Source: an uncultured Candidatus Rokubacteria bacterium (GTDB lineage Bacteria > Methylomirabilota > Methylomirabilia > Rokubacteriales > CSP1-6). From it: DNA of 64,000 nucleotides. This document shows, in pieces, positions 52,436 to 62,862 of this stretch; within the stretch, counting starts at the first letter, position 1; every line of letters begins with the position of its first letter. The DNA lies in contig CAVYTA010000005.1 of assembly GCA_963771355.1 (NCBI GenBank), positions 736,001 to 800,000 of the forward strand, read 5' to 3'. The translations under genes were made by a program, and so were the position numbers. Under the pieces are notes generated by a model. The model worked only from the letters and a program-made list of their open reading frames with translations, searched no databases and was not told the DNA's origin.

Positions 52436-54387
52436 GCCGGTTTCCTCCCCTCGGGCAGGACCGCGAGGGCGGCTCCCAGGGTGAGGATGAACCCGCCGAT
52501 CCACAGCCAGGAGACCATGCGGTTCACCTGCACCTTGACGGTGGCCTGGGAGCCGTCGCGGGCGAAATCGCCCAGCACCAGATAGACGTCCTCGATGAAG
52601 CCCAGCCGGTAGTCCACGTAGGCGATCGGCGTCTGCTCCTGCGGGTAGAACTTCTTGGCCGGGTAGAGGACGGTGGGCCGCCGCGCCCCGTTGGCCACCG
52701 TGAAGGTCCCGGCCACCTTGAAGTGGTTCGACTCCTCGGAGGCGGCGAGGCTGTCGAAGCGGACCTTGTAGCCGGCCAGCTCCACGCTCTCGCCTCGGGA
52801 GAGCGTGGCCTCGGTCTGCCGGGACCAGGCCTGCGAGCCGGCCACGCCGAGGGCCACCACGAGAATGCCCAGGTGCACCACGAAGCCGCCGTAGCGCCGG
52901 TTCTGGCGCACGAGGAGGCCCCAGGTGGCGGACCCCCAGCCGGCGCCGCCGCGCCGGCGGGTCCGGGCGGCGCGCGCGAAGTCCAGCACCATGGTGCCGG
53001 TGACGAACACCACCAGCGCCATGCACAGGAGCACCAGCGCATTGCCCACGCCCAGCGCCCACAGCACCACCGCGGCGACCACGCCCGCGAGCACCGGCTT
53101 GAGGAAGTTGCGGCGGAGGTTGTCGGCGGAGGCGCGCCGCCAGGCGATGAGGGGCCCCACGCCCATGAGGAAGAGGAGGCCCAGGAACAGCGGGATGTTC
53201 ACGAGATTGAAGAAGGGCGCGCCCACGCTCACCTTGGTCCCGCGCAAGGCCTCCGAGAGGAGCGGGAAGATGGTGCCGAAGAAGACGGTGAAGCTGGCGG
53301 CCACGAGGAAGACGTTGTTGAGGAGAAAGGCGGACTCGCGCGAGAGGATCGAGTCGAGCTCGCCCTGGCCCTTGAGGCGCTCCACGCGCCAGGCCAGCAG
53401 CGTGAAGGAGCCCAGCAGCACCAGCGCCAGGAAGGCGAGGAAGAACATGCCGATGGAGCCCTGGGTGAAAGCGTGCACGGATCCGATGATCCCGGAGCGG
53501 GTGAGGAAGGTGCCGAAGAGGGTGAGGCCGAAGGTGAGGATGATGAGGGTGAGGTTCCAGAGCTTGAGCATGCGCCGCCGCTCCTGGATCATCACCGAGT
53601 GCAGGAAGGCGGTGCCGGTGAGCCAGGGCATGAAGGCGGCGTTCTCCACCGGATCCCAGGCCCAGTAGCCGCCCCAGCCGAGCACGTGATAGCTCCACCA
53701 GCCGCCGATCAGGAGGCCCAGCGAGAGGAAATACCAGGCCACGATGGTCCAGCGGCGCGTGATGGTGATCCACTCCTCGCCGGTGCGTCCGAGGCAGAGC
53801 GCGGCGATGGCGAAGGCGAAGGGCACCGTGAAGCCGGTGAAGCCGAGGTAGAGCGCCACCGGGTGCGTGATCATCCCGGAATCCTCGAGCAGCGGGTTGA
53901 GGCCGCGCCCGTCCGCGGGCACCGGGCTCAGCCGCTCGAAGGGGGGGGCGGGCCCGGCCATGACGAGGAGGAAGAAGGCCAGCACGCCCAGCATCACCGC
54001 CAGCACCCAGGGATAGAGGGTGGGCTGGCGGCGCCGGTAGCGGAGCACCACGATGGAGGTGTAGAGCCCGAGCATCCATGCCCAGAGGATGATGGAGCCT
54101 TCCAGCGCTCCCCACACCGCGGTGATCCGGTAGTAGAAGGGCGTGCCGAGATTGGTGTTGGAGGCCACGTAGCGGATGGAGAAGTCGAAGGTGAGGAAGG
54201 CGTACGCGAGCAGCAGCAGCGCGGCGGTGATGAGGGCCCACACGCCGACGGCGGCCCGCTCGGCGGAGACCACGAGGGCGAGCCGCCCGCTGCGCGCGCC
54301 CAGCGCGGCCGCGCCGGCGCCCCAGAGCGCGAGGCCTAGGCCGATGGCGGTCAGCGCATAGCCGATCTCGGGCGCGCCGATCGTCAC
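52432..54387 (-). CDS. ccmF: Heme lyase CcmF
   Basis: WGGYWAWDPVEN (WWD domain), HP, SVHAF. Confidence 0.95.
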   Translation of the reverse strand: MTIGAPEIGYALTAIGLGLALWGAGAAALGARSGRLALVVSAERAAVGVWALITAALLLLAYAFLTFDFSIRYVASNTNLGTPFYYRITAVWGALEGSIILWAWMLGLYTSIVVLRYRRRQPTLYPWVLAVMLGVLAFFLLVMAGPAPPFERLSPVPADGRGLNPLLEDSGMITHPVALYLGFTGFTVPFAFAIAALCLGRTGEEWITITRRWTIVAWYFLSLGLLIGGWWSYHVLGWGGYWAWDPVENAAFMPWLTGTAFLHSVMIQERRRMLKLWNLTLIILTFGLTLFGTFLTRSGIIGSVHAFTQGSIGMFFLAFLALVLLGSFTLLAWRVERLKGQGELDSILSRESAFLLNNVFLVAASFTVFFGTIFPLLSEALRGTKVSVGAPFFNLVNIPLFLGLLFLMGVGPLIAWRRASADNLRRNFLKPVLAGVVAAVVLWALGVGNALVLLCMALVVFVTGTMVLDFARAARTRRRGGAGWGSATWGLLVRQNRRYGGFVVHLGILVVALGVAGSQAWSRQTEATLSRGESVELAGYKVRFDSLAASEESNHFKVAGTFTVANGARRPTVLYPAKKFYPQEQTPIAYVDYRLGFIEDVYLVLGDFARDGSQATVKVQVNRMVSWLWIGGFILTLGAALAVLPEGRKPA

Positions 54388-54830
54388 TGACGGACCTGGC
54401 TGCCGCGCAGGGACTTCAAGAGCTCTTGATAGCCGGGCGCGGCGCCGTCGTGAGGCGCCTTGTACTCCTCGGAGTGCTTGGCGAGAATGCTCGACGCCCG
54501 GAAGAAGCCCTCGCCGCTCCAGGCGCCTTCCACCACCGCGCCCCGACCCTCGGCGAAGAGATCGGGAGGCGGCCCGACGTGTCGCACCGGCACCGCCGCC
54601 TGGCCGTCCGACAGCACGAAGCGGAGGTCGAGCGATTTGGGCTCCCACTTGAGGCTGCCCGGCTGGACCATGCCGCCCAGGCGATAGCTCTTGCCCGGAG
54701 CGGGCGCGGCCAGGAGCTCCGTCGGCGTGACGAAGTAGACGAGGGACTGGGTCACGCCCGCGTAGATGAGATAGGCGAGGGCGACGAGGATGACGAGCCC
54801 GCCCACGAGAAACTTCGCGCGGCGCTTCAT
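54384..54830 (-). CDS. ccmE: Heme chaperone CcmE
   Basis: RLGGMV, PDLFAEG, LAKHSEEY (HxxxY). Confidence 0.94.
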   Translation of the reverse strand: MKRRAKFLVGGLVILVALAYLIYAGVTQSLVYFVTPTELLAAPAPGKSYRLGGMVQPGSLKWEPKSLDLRFVLSDGQAAVPVRHVGPPPDLFAEGRGAVVEGAWSGEGFFRASSILAKHSEEYKAPHDGAAPGYQELLKSLRGSQVRQ

Positions 54831-54985
54831 CGGATGGCCGCCTTTCCGGGGGCCGCCGCCCGCGGGCTCCGGGGTCGGGCGTCGAGCGCGCGCCGCCGGC
54901 GGGCGAGGTGTCGCCAGTAGCCCAGGAGCGCCGCCGCGGAGAGGCCGTAGGCGGCGAGGACATAGCCCCAGTGGTCGGGCATCAT
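54827..54985 (-). CDS. ccmD: Heme exporter protein CcmD
   Basis: WGYVLAAYG, a TM helix and a basic tail, between ccmC and ccmE. Confidence 0.8.
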   Translation of the reverse strand: MMPDHWGYVLAAYGLSAAALLGYWRHLARRRRALDARPRSPRAAAPGKAAIR

Positions 54986-55653
54986 CGGCGTGTCTCCGGC
55001 ACCCACGCGTCCTCGAGGCGCGCGAGCTCCACGCGGCGGAGGAGGAGGTAGAGAAAGAGAAGGGTGAAGGCGACCCAGTTCACGAACAGCGCCGCCGCGA
55101 TGGGCCCGGCGATGGGGGAGGGCTCCGGTCCGAGAATGGTGGAGGGCTGGTGCAGCGCGCGCCACCACTTCACGGAGAAGTGCACGATGGGAATGTTCGC
55201 GGCGCCCACGATGCCGACCACGGCGGCGATGCGGGCGCGCCGCTCGGGCTCGTCCACCATGGCGCGCAGCAGGAGGTAGCCCACGTAGACGAGGAACAGC
55301 ACCGCGGTGGAGGTCAGCCGCGCGTCCCAGGTCCACCAGGTGCCCCAGGTGGGCTTGCCCCAGATGGAGCCGGACACGATGGTGACTCCGGTGAAGAGGA
55401 CGCCGAGCTCGGCGGCCGCCCCGGCCAGCCGATCCCAGCCCGCGCGCCCGGTGGCGAGCGCGCCGATGCTCCCCACCAGGACGAGACCGAAGGCGAGATA
55501 GGCCGTGAGCACCGCGGGCACGTGGACGTACATGATGCGCTGGACATTGCCCTGTACGGCTTCGCGCGGGGCATACCCGAAGCCTGCCGCCAGCCCGGCG
55601 GCGAGGGCCAGGAGGGCGAGCCCGCCCAGGATTCGTGTGGCGCGCGCGCTCAT
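54982..55653 (-). CDS. ccmC: Heme exporter CcmC
   Basis: YVHVP, WGKPTWGTWWTWDARLT, WWRALHQ. Confidence 0.95.
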   Translation of the reverse strand: MSARATRILGGLALLALAAGLAAGFGYAPREAVQGNVQRIMYVHVPAVLTAYLAFGLVLVGSIGALATGRAGWDRLAGAAAELGVLFTGVTIVSGSIWGKPTWGTWWTWDARLTSTAVLFLVYVGYLLLRAMVDEPERRARIAAVVGIVGAANIPIVHFSVKWWRALHQPSTILGPEPSPIAGPIAAALFVNWVAFTLLFLYLLLRRVELARLEDAWVPETRR

Positions 55654-56330
55654 GCGTCCAGGACGAACTCGAAGGTGAGGAGCCCGATCACGAGATAGAC
55701 GAGGTCGGCGCCGGCCAGCAGCCGCAGCCAGGCGGCGGCGTCCCCCAGCGGCTGTCCCGCCAGGACGATCTGCGTGGCGCTGACGGTGGCCAGCAGCACC
55801 GGGACCTGCACGGGCAGGAGCAGGACGGGAAAGAGCAGCTCGCGGGCCCGCACGCCGGCGGTGAGCGCGGCGAAGAGCGTGCCCACGGTGGCCAGCCCCA
55901 GCGTCCCCAGCGCGAGCACGACGGCAAGGGGCCCCGCCACGCTCACGAGGTCCACGTTGTAGAACAGGCCGAACAACGCCAGGATCACCACCTCCACCGC
56001 GCCCATCACCACCAGGTTGGCGGCCAGCTTGCCGAGGTAGATCGCCGACTTGTCCCCGGGCGTGAGCCGCAGGCCGTCCCAGCAGTCATTGTCCCGCTCC
56101 GCCACGAAGCTGCGCCCGAGGCCGAGCAGGCCCGCGAGCACGAAGCCGAGCCAGAGCAGCCCGGGCAGCGCCGCGTGCAGCCGCTCCCGATCAGGGCCCA
56201 GCGCGAACTGGAAGAGGAAGAGGAGGAGCAGCGCGAAGAAGAGAAGGGCGTTGAGGCTCTCCTTCGACCGCCGCTCTACCAGCAGGTCCTTCCACAGCAC
56301 GATCCAGGTGCGGCGGGCGTAGGCGATCAT
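55650..56330 (-). CDS. ccmB: Heme exporter CcmB
   Basis: WKDLLVERRS, IYLGK, LFPVLLLP. Confidence 0.92.
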   Translation of the reverse strand: MIAYARRTWIVLWKDLLVERRSKESLNALLFFALLLLFLFQFALGPDRERLHAALPGLLWLGFVLAGLLGLGRSFVAERDNDCWDGLRLTPGDKSAIYLGKLAANLVVMGAVEVVILALFGLFYNVDLVSVAGPLAVVLALGTLGLATVGTLFAALTAGVRARELLFPVLLLPVQVPVLLATVSATQIVLAGQPLGDAAAWLRLLAGADLVYLVIGLLTFEFVLDA

Positions 56331-57037
56331 GGCGCCCCCGCGCCCTCGACCATGGCGTCATAGACGCGATGCAGCTCGTCGAGGGCCAGGCCGGCGGTGG
56401 GCCGGTCGAGGAGGACGCGCCCGCTCGCGAGGATGATCACGCGGTCCGCCACCGCGAGCCCGCCGCCGAAGCTATGCGTGGTGAGGACCACGGTGCCCCC
56501 CGCCGCCTTGAAGGCCAGCAGGAACTCGACGAGCCATTTCTGCCCGTGGCGATCCAGGCCGGTGAAGGGCTCGTCGAGGAGCAGCAGCGGTACCCGTCCC
56601 AGGGTGACGCGCGCGAGGCCGAGCCGTCGCTTCATCCCCGCCGAGAACGTGCGGGCCCGCTCGTCCGCCACCGCCTCCAGCTCGACGGCCTGCAGGCGCT
56701 CCCGCAGGTGCGCGGGCGAGGCGTCGAGGCCGCCCATCACCCCCCAGAAGCGGAGGTTCTCCCGCGCGGTGAGATCCTCGTACACGAAGGAGCCGTGCGC
56801 CACCATCCCCACCTGGGCGCGCACCGCATCCGGATCCCGGAGCGCATCGACGCCACCCACGCGGAGGCTACCCGCGCCCGGGCGCACCAGTCCCGCCAGG
56901 ATGCGGAGCAGGGTGGTCTTGCCGGCGCCGTTCGGGCCGAGCAGGGCCAGACACCGGCCGGCGGGCAGCGCCAGCGAGACGTCGTCGAGCACGAGCGTCG
57001 CGCCGTACGACTTCCGGAGACCCGCGGCTTCGATCAC
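56327..57037 (-). CDS. ccmA: Heme ABC exporter ATPase CcmA
   Basis: GPNGAGKT, FSAGMKRR, LLLDEPFTGLD. Confidence 0.9.
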   Translation of the reverse strand: MIEAAGLRKSYGATLVLDDVSLALPAGRCLALLGPNGAGKTTLLRILAGLVRPGAGSLRVGGVDALRDPDAVRAQVGMVAHGSFVYEDLTARENLRFWGVMGGLDASPAHLRERLQAVELEAVADERARTFSAGMKRRLGLARVTLGRVPLLLLDEPFTGLDRHGQKWLVEFLLAFKAAGGTVVLTTHSFGGGLAVADRVIILASGRVLLDRPTAGLALDELHRVYDAMVEGAGAP

Positions 57038-57042
57038 GTCAC

Positions 57043-57077
57043 AAAAAAAGGAGGGAGACGGTGCATCGTCTCCCTCC
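57043..57077 (-). terminator. Rho-independent terminator after htpX
   Basis: Minus strand GGAGGGAGACG-ATGCAC-CGTCTCCCTCC-TTTTTTT. Confidence 0.88.
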
Positions 57078-57091
57078 GAGGCGATGTCGGC

Positions 57092-57952
57092 TCAGCGGGA
57101 GGGAGCCATGGCGCGAAGCCGCGCGATACGCTCCTCGACCGACGGATGCGTCGAGAAGAGGCTCTGCAGCATGCCGCCGCGCAGGGGATTGACGATGAAC
57201 AGATGGGCGGTGGCCGGCGTGGCGTGCATGGGCATGGCCTTGGACGCCATCTCCAGCTTCTCCAGGGCCTCCGCGAGCCCCCACGGCTTGCCGGCGATCT
57301 GCGCCCCGGTGGCGTCCGCGTGGAACTCCCGCGCCCGCGAGATCGCCAGCTGCACCAGCATGGCCGCGATGGGGGCGACGATGGCGAGGAGGAGGGTGCC
57401 GAACACGCCCCCGCCGTGGCCCTCGTCGTCGCTGTCCCGCCGCCCGCCGCCGAAGATCGCGGCGAACTGGGCCATCTGGGCCAGGTAGGTGATGGCCCCG
57501 GCCAGGGTGGCGGCGATGGTCATGATGAGCGTGTCCCGGTTCTTCACGTGCGACAGCTCATGGGCGATCACACCTTCCAGCTGGTCGCGGTCGAGAATGC
57601 GCAGAAGACCTTCCGTCACCGCGATCGCCGCGTGTTCCGGGTTGCGGCCGGTGGCGAAGGCATTGGGCGTGTCGCCTGGGATGATGTACACCTTCGGCAT
57701 GGGAATGCCGGCCCGGGTCACGAGGTTCCGCACGATCCCGTAGAGCTGGGGAGCCTGTGCCTCATCCACGGGCTGGGCCCGGTACATGGCCAGCACCATC
57801 TTGTCCGAGAACCAGTAGCTGACGAAGTTCATGACCAGAGCCAGGCCGAAGGCCATGATCATGCCCTGCTGGCCTCCGAGAGCCTGGCCAATCAGTACGA
57901 CGAGACAGGTGAGGACGGCGAGCAGCAGTCCGGTTTTAAAGACATTTCCCAT
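57092..57952 (-). CDS. htpX: Zinc metalloprotease HtpX
   Basis: PNAFATG, HELSH, SRARE, THPS. Promoter TTGACG-N17-TAGCAT. Confidence 0.95.
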   Translation of the reverse strand: MGNVFKTGLLLAVLTCLVVLIGQALGGQQGMIMAFGLALVMNFVSYWFSDKMVLAMYRAQPVDEAQAPQLYGIVRNLVTRAGIPMPKVYIIPGDTPNAFATGRNPEHAAIAVTEGLLRILDRDQLEGVIAHELSHVKNRDTLIMTIAATLAGAITYLAQMAQFAAIFGGGRRDSDDEGHGGGVFGTLLLAIVAPIAAMLVQLAISRAREFHADATGAQIAGKPWGLAEALEKLEMASKAMPMHATPATAHLFIVNPLRGGMLQSLFSTHPSVEERIARLRAMAPSR

Positions 57953-58030
57953 GGCGATCGACCTCCCGATCGCATGCTAACAGCCACCCCCCCGACCGTC
58001 AAGCAACCGCCGTCCCAGGGGCATTTTGGG

Positions 58031-58059
58031 TTGACATCCCTATACCCCGAGCATATACT
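58031..58059 (+). promoter_or_regulatory. Near-consensus sigma70 promoter of the yceD-rpmF-fab operon
   Basis: TTGACA-N17-TATACT. Confidence 0.8.
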
Positions 58060-58114
58060 GGCCCGGTTGTTGAAAAATCCCTTGTTTGTCGAATCTTTAA
58101 CCGAGGTTTTGCCC

Positions 58115-58627
58115 ATGATCATCCGGCTCTCCGAGATTCCCGCCGAGGGCATCCGGATCGACGGACCCGAGGCCTTTCCGCGTCCATTCGCCGACCCCAC
58201 CTGGACGCTCGACGGGGTGGCGCTGGCGCTGGAGAAGGACGCCGACGCCGTCTTCGTCCGGGGCACTCTCGAAGCCCGCGTCCCGCTGGTGTGCGGTCGC
58301 TGTCTGGAGCCGTTCGACCTCCACGTGTCACAGGAGGTCGACACGCGTTTTCTTCCCGCGCCGGAGGGCCGGGCGGAAGAGCGCGAGCTCGCCTCCGACG
58401 ATCTGGAAACCGACGTGTACGCCCACGACCAGCTGGATCTGGGCGCGCTGGTGGAGACCGAGACCACCTTGGCGCTGCCCATGAAGCCGCTCTGCCGCGA
58501 GGACTGCCGGGGGCTGTGCTCGGTGTGCGGCGGAAACCGAAACGTGACGGCCTGTGCCTGCCCCGAGCCCGCCTCCGCTTCACGCTGGGCGCCACTGAAG
58601 GGCCTCGCCGACCGACTCCCACGATAG
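58115..58627 (+). CDS. yceD: DUF177/YceD family protein
   Basis: CGRCLEP and PMKPLCREDCRGLC motifs. Upstream of rpmF. Confidence 0.9.
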   Translation: MIIRLSEIPAEGIRIDGPEAFPRPFADPTWTLDGVALALEKDADAVFVRGTLEARVPLVCGRCLEPFDLHVSQEVDTRFLPAPEGRAEERELASDDLETDVYAHDQLDLGALVETETTLALPMKPLCREDCRGLCSVCGGNRNVTACACPEPASASRWAPLKGLADRLPR

Positions 58628-58640
58628 GAGCCCAACGCCC

Positions 58641-58823
58641 ATGCCGCTGCCCAAGCGACGTCACTCGAGAACTCGCGGCAAGAAGCGCCGCACGCACTAC
58701 AAGATGGTCGCGCCCACCCGCTCCGTCTGCCCACAATGCCGCGAGGTGAAGCTCCCGCATCAGATCTGCCCGCACTGTGGCTTCTACAAGGGACGCGAGG
58801 TTCTGACCGTCGAGGGTGAGTAG
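58641..58823 (+). CDS. rpmF: 50S ribosomal protein L32
   Basis: MPLPKRRHSRTR, CPQC...CPHCGFYKGR. Confidence 0.97.
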   Translation: MPLPKRRHSRTRGKKRRTHYKMVAPTRSVCPQCREVKLPHQICPHCGFYKGREVLTVEGE

Positions 58824-58845
58824 CGTCCGCGCCGGGCCTTCGCCC

Positions 58846-59871
58846 ATGAAGATCGCGCTCGATGCCATGGGAGGCGACTTCGGGCCCGCGGTGGTCGTGG
58901 AAGGCGCCGTGGTGGCCGCCCGCGAGCTCGGGGTGTCCTCGGTGCTGGTGGGTGACAAGGCCGCGATCGAGCGCGAGATCGTCCGGCTGGGGGCCCAGGA
59001 GCTCCCGCTCAGCATCCGCCATGCCTCCCAGGTGGTGAGCATGGCGGAGTCGCCGGTGCAGGCGCTCCGCCGCAAGCGCGACTCCTCGCTCCGCGTGGCC
59101 GCCGAGCTGGTGAAGGACGGCGAGTGTCAGGCGCTCGTCTCCGCCGGCAATACCGGAGCCGCCCTGGCCATTGGCATGTTCGTCCTCGGCGTCCTCCCCG
59201 GCGTCGAGCGCCCCGCCATCGCCACCACGCTGCCGAGCCTGGCCGGATACACCGTCCTCATCGACTCCGGCGCCAACGTGGACCCCAAGCCCCGCCACCT
59301 CTTCCAGTTCGCGGTGATGGGGCACGTCTATTCGCGCGACATCGTCGGCAAGGATCATCCAAGAGTGGGTCTTCTCTCGGTGGGTGAGGAAGAGGGCAAG
59401 GGAAACGAGCTGGTCAAGGACACCTTCGAGAGCCTGCGCGGCTCGTCGCTGAACTTCATCGGCAACATCGAGGGTCGCGACATCTACAACGGACGGTGCG
59501 ACGTGGTGGTGACGGACGGCTTCACCGGCAACGTGTGCCTGAAGGTGTCCGAGAGCCTCGCGGAGATGCTGACCTCCATGATCCGCGAGGAGCTGACGCG
59601 GGACGTGCTGTCCAAGGCGGGCGCGGTGCTCGCGCAGCGTGCCTTCGCGCGCATGAAGCGACGGGTGGACTACACCGAGATGGGGGGGGCGCCACTGCTC
59701 GGCATCAACGGTGCCTCCATCATCTGCCACGGCGCCTCGCCGGTGAAGGCGATCAAGAACGCGCTGCGCGTGGCCACCGAGTGGGTTCGCAACGACGTCA
59801 ACGACCACATCAAGACCGCGCTCGAGGCCGAATCGGTCCTCGCCGAGGGGCGCGAGGGAGGCCGCGAATGA
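58846..59871 (+). CDS. plsX: Phosphate acyltransferase PlsX
   Basis: IALDAMGGD, SAGNTGA, DGFTGN. Confidence 0.97.
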   Translation: MKIALDAMGGDFGPAVVVEGAVVAARELGVSSVLVGDKAAIEREIVRLGAQELPLSIRHASQVVSMAESPVQALRRKRDSSLRVAAELVKDGECQALVSAGNTGAALAIGMFVLGVLPGVERPAIATTLPSLAGYTVLIDSGANVDPKPRHLFQFAVMGHVYSRDIVGKDHPRVGLLSVGEEEGKGNELVKDTFESLRGSSLNFIGNIEGRDIYNGRCDVVVTDGFTGNVCLKVSESLAEMLTSMIREELTRDVLSKAGAVLAQRAFARMKRRVDYTEMGGAPLLGINGASIICHGASPVKAIKNALRVATEWVRNDVNDHIKTALEAESVLAEGREGGRE

Positions 59872-60848
59872 AGCGTGCCAAGATCGTGGGCGTGGGCGCT
59901 TACGCTCCCAAGCGGATCCTCACCAACGCCGAGCTGGAGAAGATGGTGGACACGTCGGACGAGTGGATCGTCCAGCGCACCGGCATTCGCGAGCGCCACA
60001 TCGTCGACGAGAGCGAGGCCACCTCCGATCTCGCCCTCCGCGCCGCCCAGCAGGCGCTGGAGCGCGCGGGGGTGGAGCCGGGCGAGATCGACTTCATCGT
60101 GGTGGGGACCACCACCGGCGACATGGCCTTCCCCACCACCGCCAACATCCTCCAGCACCGCCTGGGCTGCCGCAACGCGGGCTCCATCGACGTCTATGCC
60201 GCGTGCGCGGGTTCCGTGTACAGCCTCTCCGTCGGCGCGCAGTACATCCAGACCGAGAAGTACCGCACGGTGCTGTGCGTGGGCGCGGAGTGCCTGTCGC
60301 GCATCACCGACTACACCGACCGCGGCACGTGCATCCTCCTCGCCGACGCGGCGGGGGCGGTGGTGCTCCGTCCGTCGGAGGACGAGTCCGGCCTCATCGA
60401 CACCGATCTCTACTCCGACGGAAAGTACTGGGAGTTCCTCTACCAGCCGGGAGGCGGCGCGCGGCATCCCGCCACCCACGAAACGGTGGACAAGCGGATG
60501 CACTTCGCGAAGATGAAGGGGAACGAGGTGTTCAAGGTGGCGGTCCGGATGTTCGGCGAGGCCGCCGAGCGCATCCTCACCCGCAACGGCTTCACCTCCG
60601 ACGACCTCGATCTCTTCATCCCCCATCAGGCCAATCTCCGGATCATCGAGGCGGCGGTGAAGCGCCTCAAGGTCCCGATGGACAAGGTCATGATCAACGT
60701 GGACCGCTACGGGAACACCGGTGCCGCCTCCGTCTATGTCGCGCTGGAAGAGGCCTGGTCGTCCAAGCGGCTCAGCACCGGCGATCTCGTGCTCCTCGCC
60801 GCCTTCGGCGGCGGCTTCACCTGGGGCGCCGCGCTCCTCCGCTGGTAG
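59868..60848 (+). CDS. fabH: 3-oxoacyl-ACP synthase III
   Basis: RTGIRER, AACAG, PHQAN, YGNT, FGGGFTWG. Confidence 0.96.
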   Translation: MKRAKIVGVGAYAPKRILTNAELEKMVDTSDEWIVQRTGIRERHIVDESEATSDLALRAAQQALERAGVEPGEIDFIVVGTTTGDMAFPTTANILQHRLGCRNAGSIDVYAACAGSVYSLSVGAQYIQTEKYRTVLCVGAECLSRITDYTDRGTCILLADAAGAVVLRPSEDESGLIDTDLYSDGKYWEFLYQPGGGARHPATHETVDKRMHFAKMKGNEVFKVAVRMFGEAAERILTRNGFTSDDLDLFIPHQANLRIIEAAVKRLKVPMDKVMINVDRYGNTGAASVYVALEEAWSSKRLSTGDLVLLAAFGGGFTWGAALLRW

Positions 60849-60855
60849 GCCCCGC

Positions 60856-61800
60856 GTGAGCATCGCGTTTCTTTTCCCGGGACAGGGGTCCCAGGCGGTG
60901 GGCATGGGCCAAGATCTGGCGCAGGCGTCGGCCGCCGCCGCCGCGGTGTGGAAGGAGGCGGATGCCGCGCTGGGCTTCCCGCTCTCGCGGCTGGCGTTCG
61001 AGGGCCCGGAGTCGGACCTCGCCCTCACCGCCAACACCCAGCCCGCCGTCCTCACCGCCAGCGTGGCCGCCGCCGCCGCGCTTGCCGAGCACGGCATCCG
61101 GCCGGGCCTCGCCGCGGGTCATAGCCTGGGGGAATACTCCGCCCTGGTGGTGGCGGGCGCGCTCGACTTCGCGGAGGCGGTGCGCCTGGTGCGGCGTCGC
61201 GGCGAGTTCATGCAGGAAGCGGTGCCGGTGGGTATGGGCGCCATGGCCGCGCTCCTCGGCGTCGAGCTCGCGGTGGCGGAGGAAGCGTGCGCGGCGGCCG
61301 CCCAGGGTGACGTGGTGGGAGTGGCCAATATCAACTCGCCGGGCCAGATCGTCATCGCCGGACATCGCGGCGCGGTGGAGCGGGCGGTGAAGGCGGTGGC
61401 CGAGCGCGGGGGCAAGAAGAGCATGCTGCTCCCGGTGAGCGCGCCTTTCCACTGTGCCCTCATGAAGCCGGCGGCGGACCGGCTCGCCGCCGAGCTCGAG
61501 CGCCTGCGAGTGTCCGCGCCGCGCTTCCCGGTGGTTCGCAACGTGGATGCGGGGGTCACCACCACCGCCGAGGAGGTGAAGCCGTTCCTCGTGCGCCAGG
61601 TGGCCAGCCCGGTGCGGTGGACGGACGGCCTCGCGCGCCTGGCCCGCGAGGGGGCGGACGTGTGGATCGAGGTCGGCCCCGGCCGGGTGCTCACGGGGCT
61701 GCTCAAGCGCACCCTGGACGGGGCGCGCGGTCACTCCGTGGAAGACGTCGCGTCGCTGGAGAAGACGCGGGAGGCGGTGACGGGCGGGGCCGGCGCGTGA
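60856..61800 (+). CDS. fabD: Malonyl-CoA:ACP transacylase
   Basis: [19 protein letters not shown]. Confidence 0.96.
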   Translation: MSIAFLFPGQGSQAVGMGQDLAQASAAAAAVWKEADAALGFPLSRLAFEGPESDLALTANTQPAVLTASVAAAAALAEHGIRPGLAAGHSLGEYSALVVAGALDFAEAVRLVRRRGEFMQEAVPVGMGAMAALLGVELAVAEEACAAAAQGDVVGVANINSPGQIVIAGHRGAVERAVKAVAERGGKKSMLLPVSAPFHCALMKPAADRLAAELERLRVSAPRFPVVRNVDAGVTTTAEEVKPFLVRQVASPVRWTDGLARLAREGADVWIEVGPGRVLTGLLKRTLDGARGHSVEDVASLEKTREAVTGGAGA

Positions 61801-62549
61801 CGGACACCAAGCCGCTGGCAGGCCGGGTGGCGATGGTCACCGGCGGGACGCGCGGGATCGGCCTGGCCATCGCCCGGCTGCTGGCAGACGACGGGGCTTC
61901 CGTGGTAGTCTCTGGCCGCGATCCGGGCCGGCTCGAGAGCGCGGCGAAAGAGCTGGAAGCATTGGGGGCAAGCGTGCTCGCGGTGGCGGCGGACGCGGCC
62001 AAGCGCGAGGATGCGGATCGCTTGGTGGAGGCCGCCCGGGAGCGCTTCGGCCGCATCGACGTGCTCGTGAACAACGCAGGCATCACCCGGGACCAGCTGC
62101 TCGTGCGGATGAAGGACGACGACTGGGACACGGTGATGGAGACGAACCTGCGCGGCGTGTTCCTCATGACGCGCGCGGTGGGGAAGGTGATGATGCGGCA
62201 GAAGAGCGGCCGCATGATCAACATCTCGTCGGCGGCGGGGGCGATGGGGAATCCGGGGCAGGTGAACTACTCCGCGGCCAAGGCGGGCGTGATCGGGCTC
62301 TCCAAGGCGGCGGCGCGCGAGCTGGCGCATTGGAACATCCTGGTCAACGCGGTGGCGCCGGGGCTCATCGAGACGGACATGACGGCGACGATCTCGGCCG
62401 AGGCCCGCGAGGGCCTCATGCAACAGGTCCCGCTGAAGCGGATCGGAACGGCGAGGGAGGTGGCCGAGGTCGTGCGGTTCCTGGCCGGGGACGGGGCCGG
62501 ATACATCACCGGCCAGGTCATCCACGTCAACGGCGGACTGTACATGTAA
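61797..62549 (+). CDS. fabG: 3-oxoacyl-ACP reductase
   Basis: [21 protein letters not shown]. Confidence 0.96.
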   Translation: MTDTKPLAGRVAMVTGGTRGIGLAIARLLADDGASVVVSGRDPGRLESAAKELEALGASVLAVAADAAKREDADRLVEAARERFGRIDVLVNNAGITRDQLLVRMKDDDWDTVMETNLRGVFLMTRAVGKVMMRQKSGRMINISSAAGAMGNPGQVNYSAAKAGVIGLSKAAARELAHWNILVNAVAPGLIETDMTATISAEAREGLMQQVPLKRIGTAREVAEVVRFLAGDGAGYITGQVIHVNGGLYM

Positions 62550-62617
62550 CGTCGCGCGCGGCGCGCGACGACTCACGCGGGGATGGCGGCACCACAGCGT
62601 GCCATGAGGAGGTGTTG

Positions 62618-62854
62618 ATGACCAAGCCAGTAGACGAGCGGGTGAAGGAGATCATCTGTGACAACCTCGGCGTCCGGCCGGACGAGGTCGTGGCGGAGGC
62701 GAAGTTCATCGAGGACCTGAATGCCGACTCTCTCGACACGGTGGAGCTGGTGATGGCCTTCGAGGAGGAGTTCGGGCTCGAGATCCCGGACGAGGACGCG
62801 GAGAAGATCACCACCGTGGGTGATGCCGTCCGCTACATCAAGGAGAAGGTCTGA
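62618..62854 (+). CDS. acpP: Acyl carrier protein
   Basis: [29 protein letters not shown]. Confidence 0.97.
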   Translation: MTKPVDERVKEIICDNLGVRPDEVVAEAKFIEDLNADSLDTVELVMAFEEEFGLEIPDEDAEKITTVGDAVRYIKEKV

Positions 62855-62862
62855 GCGGGACG

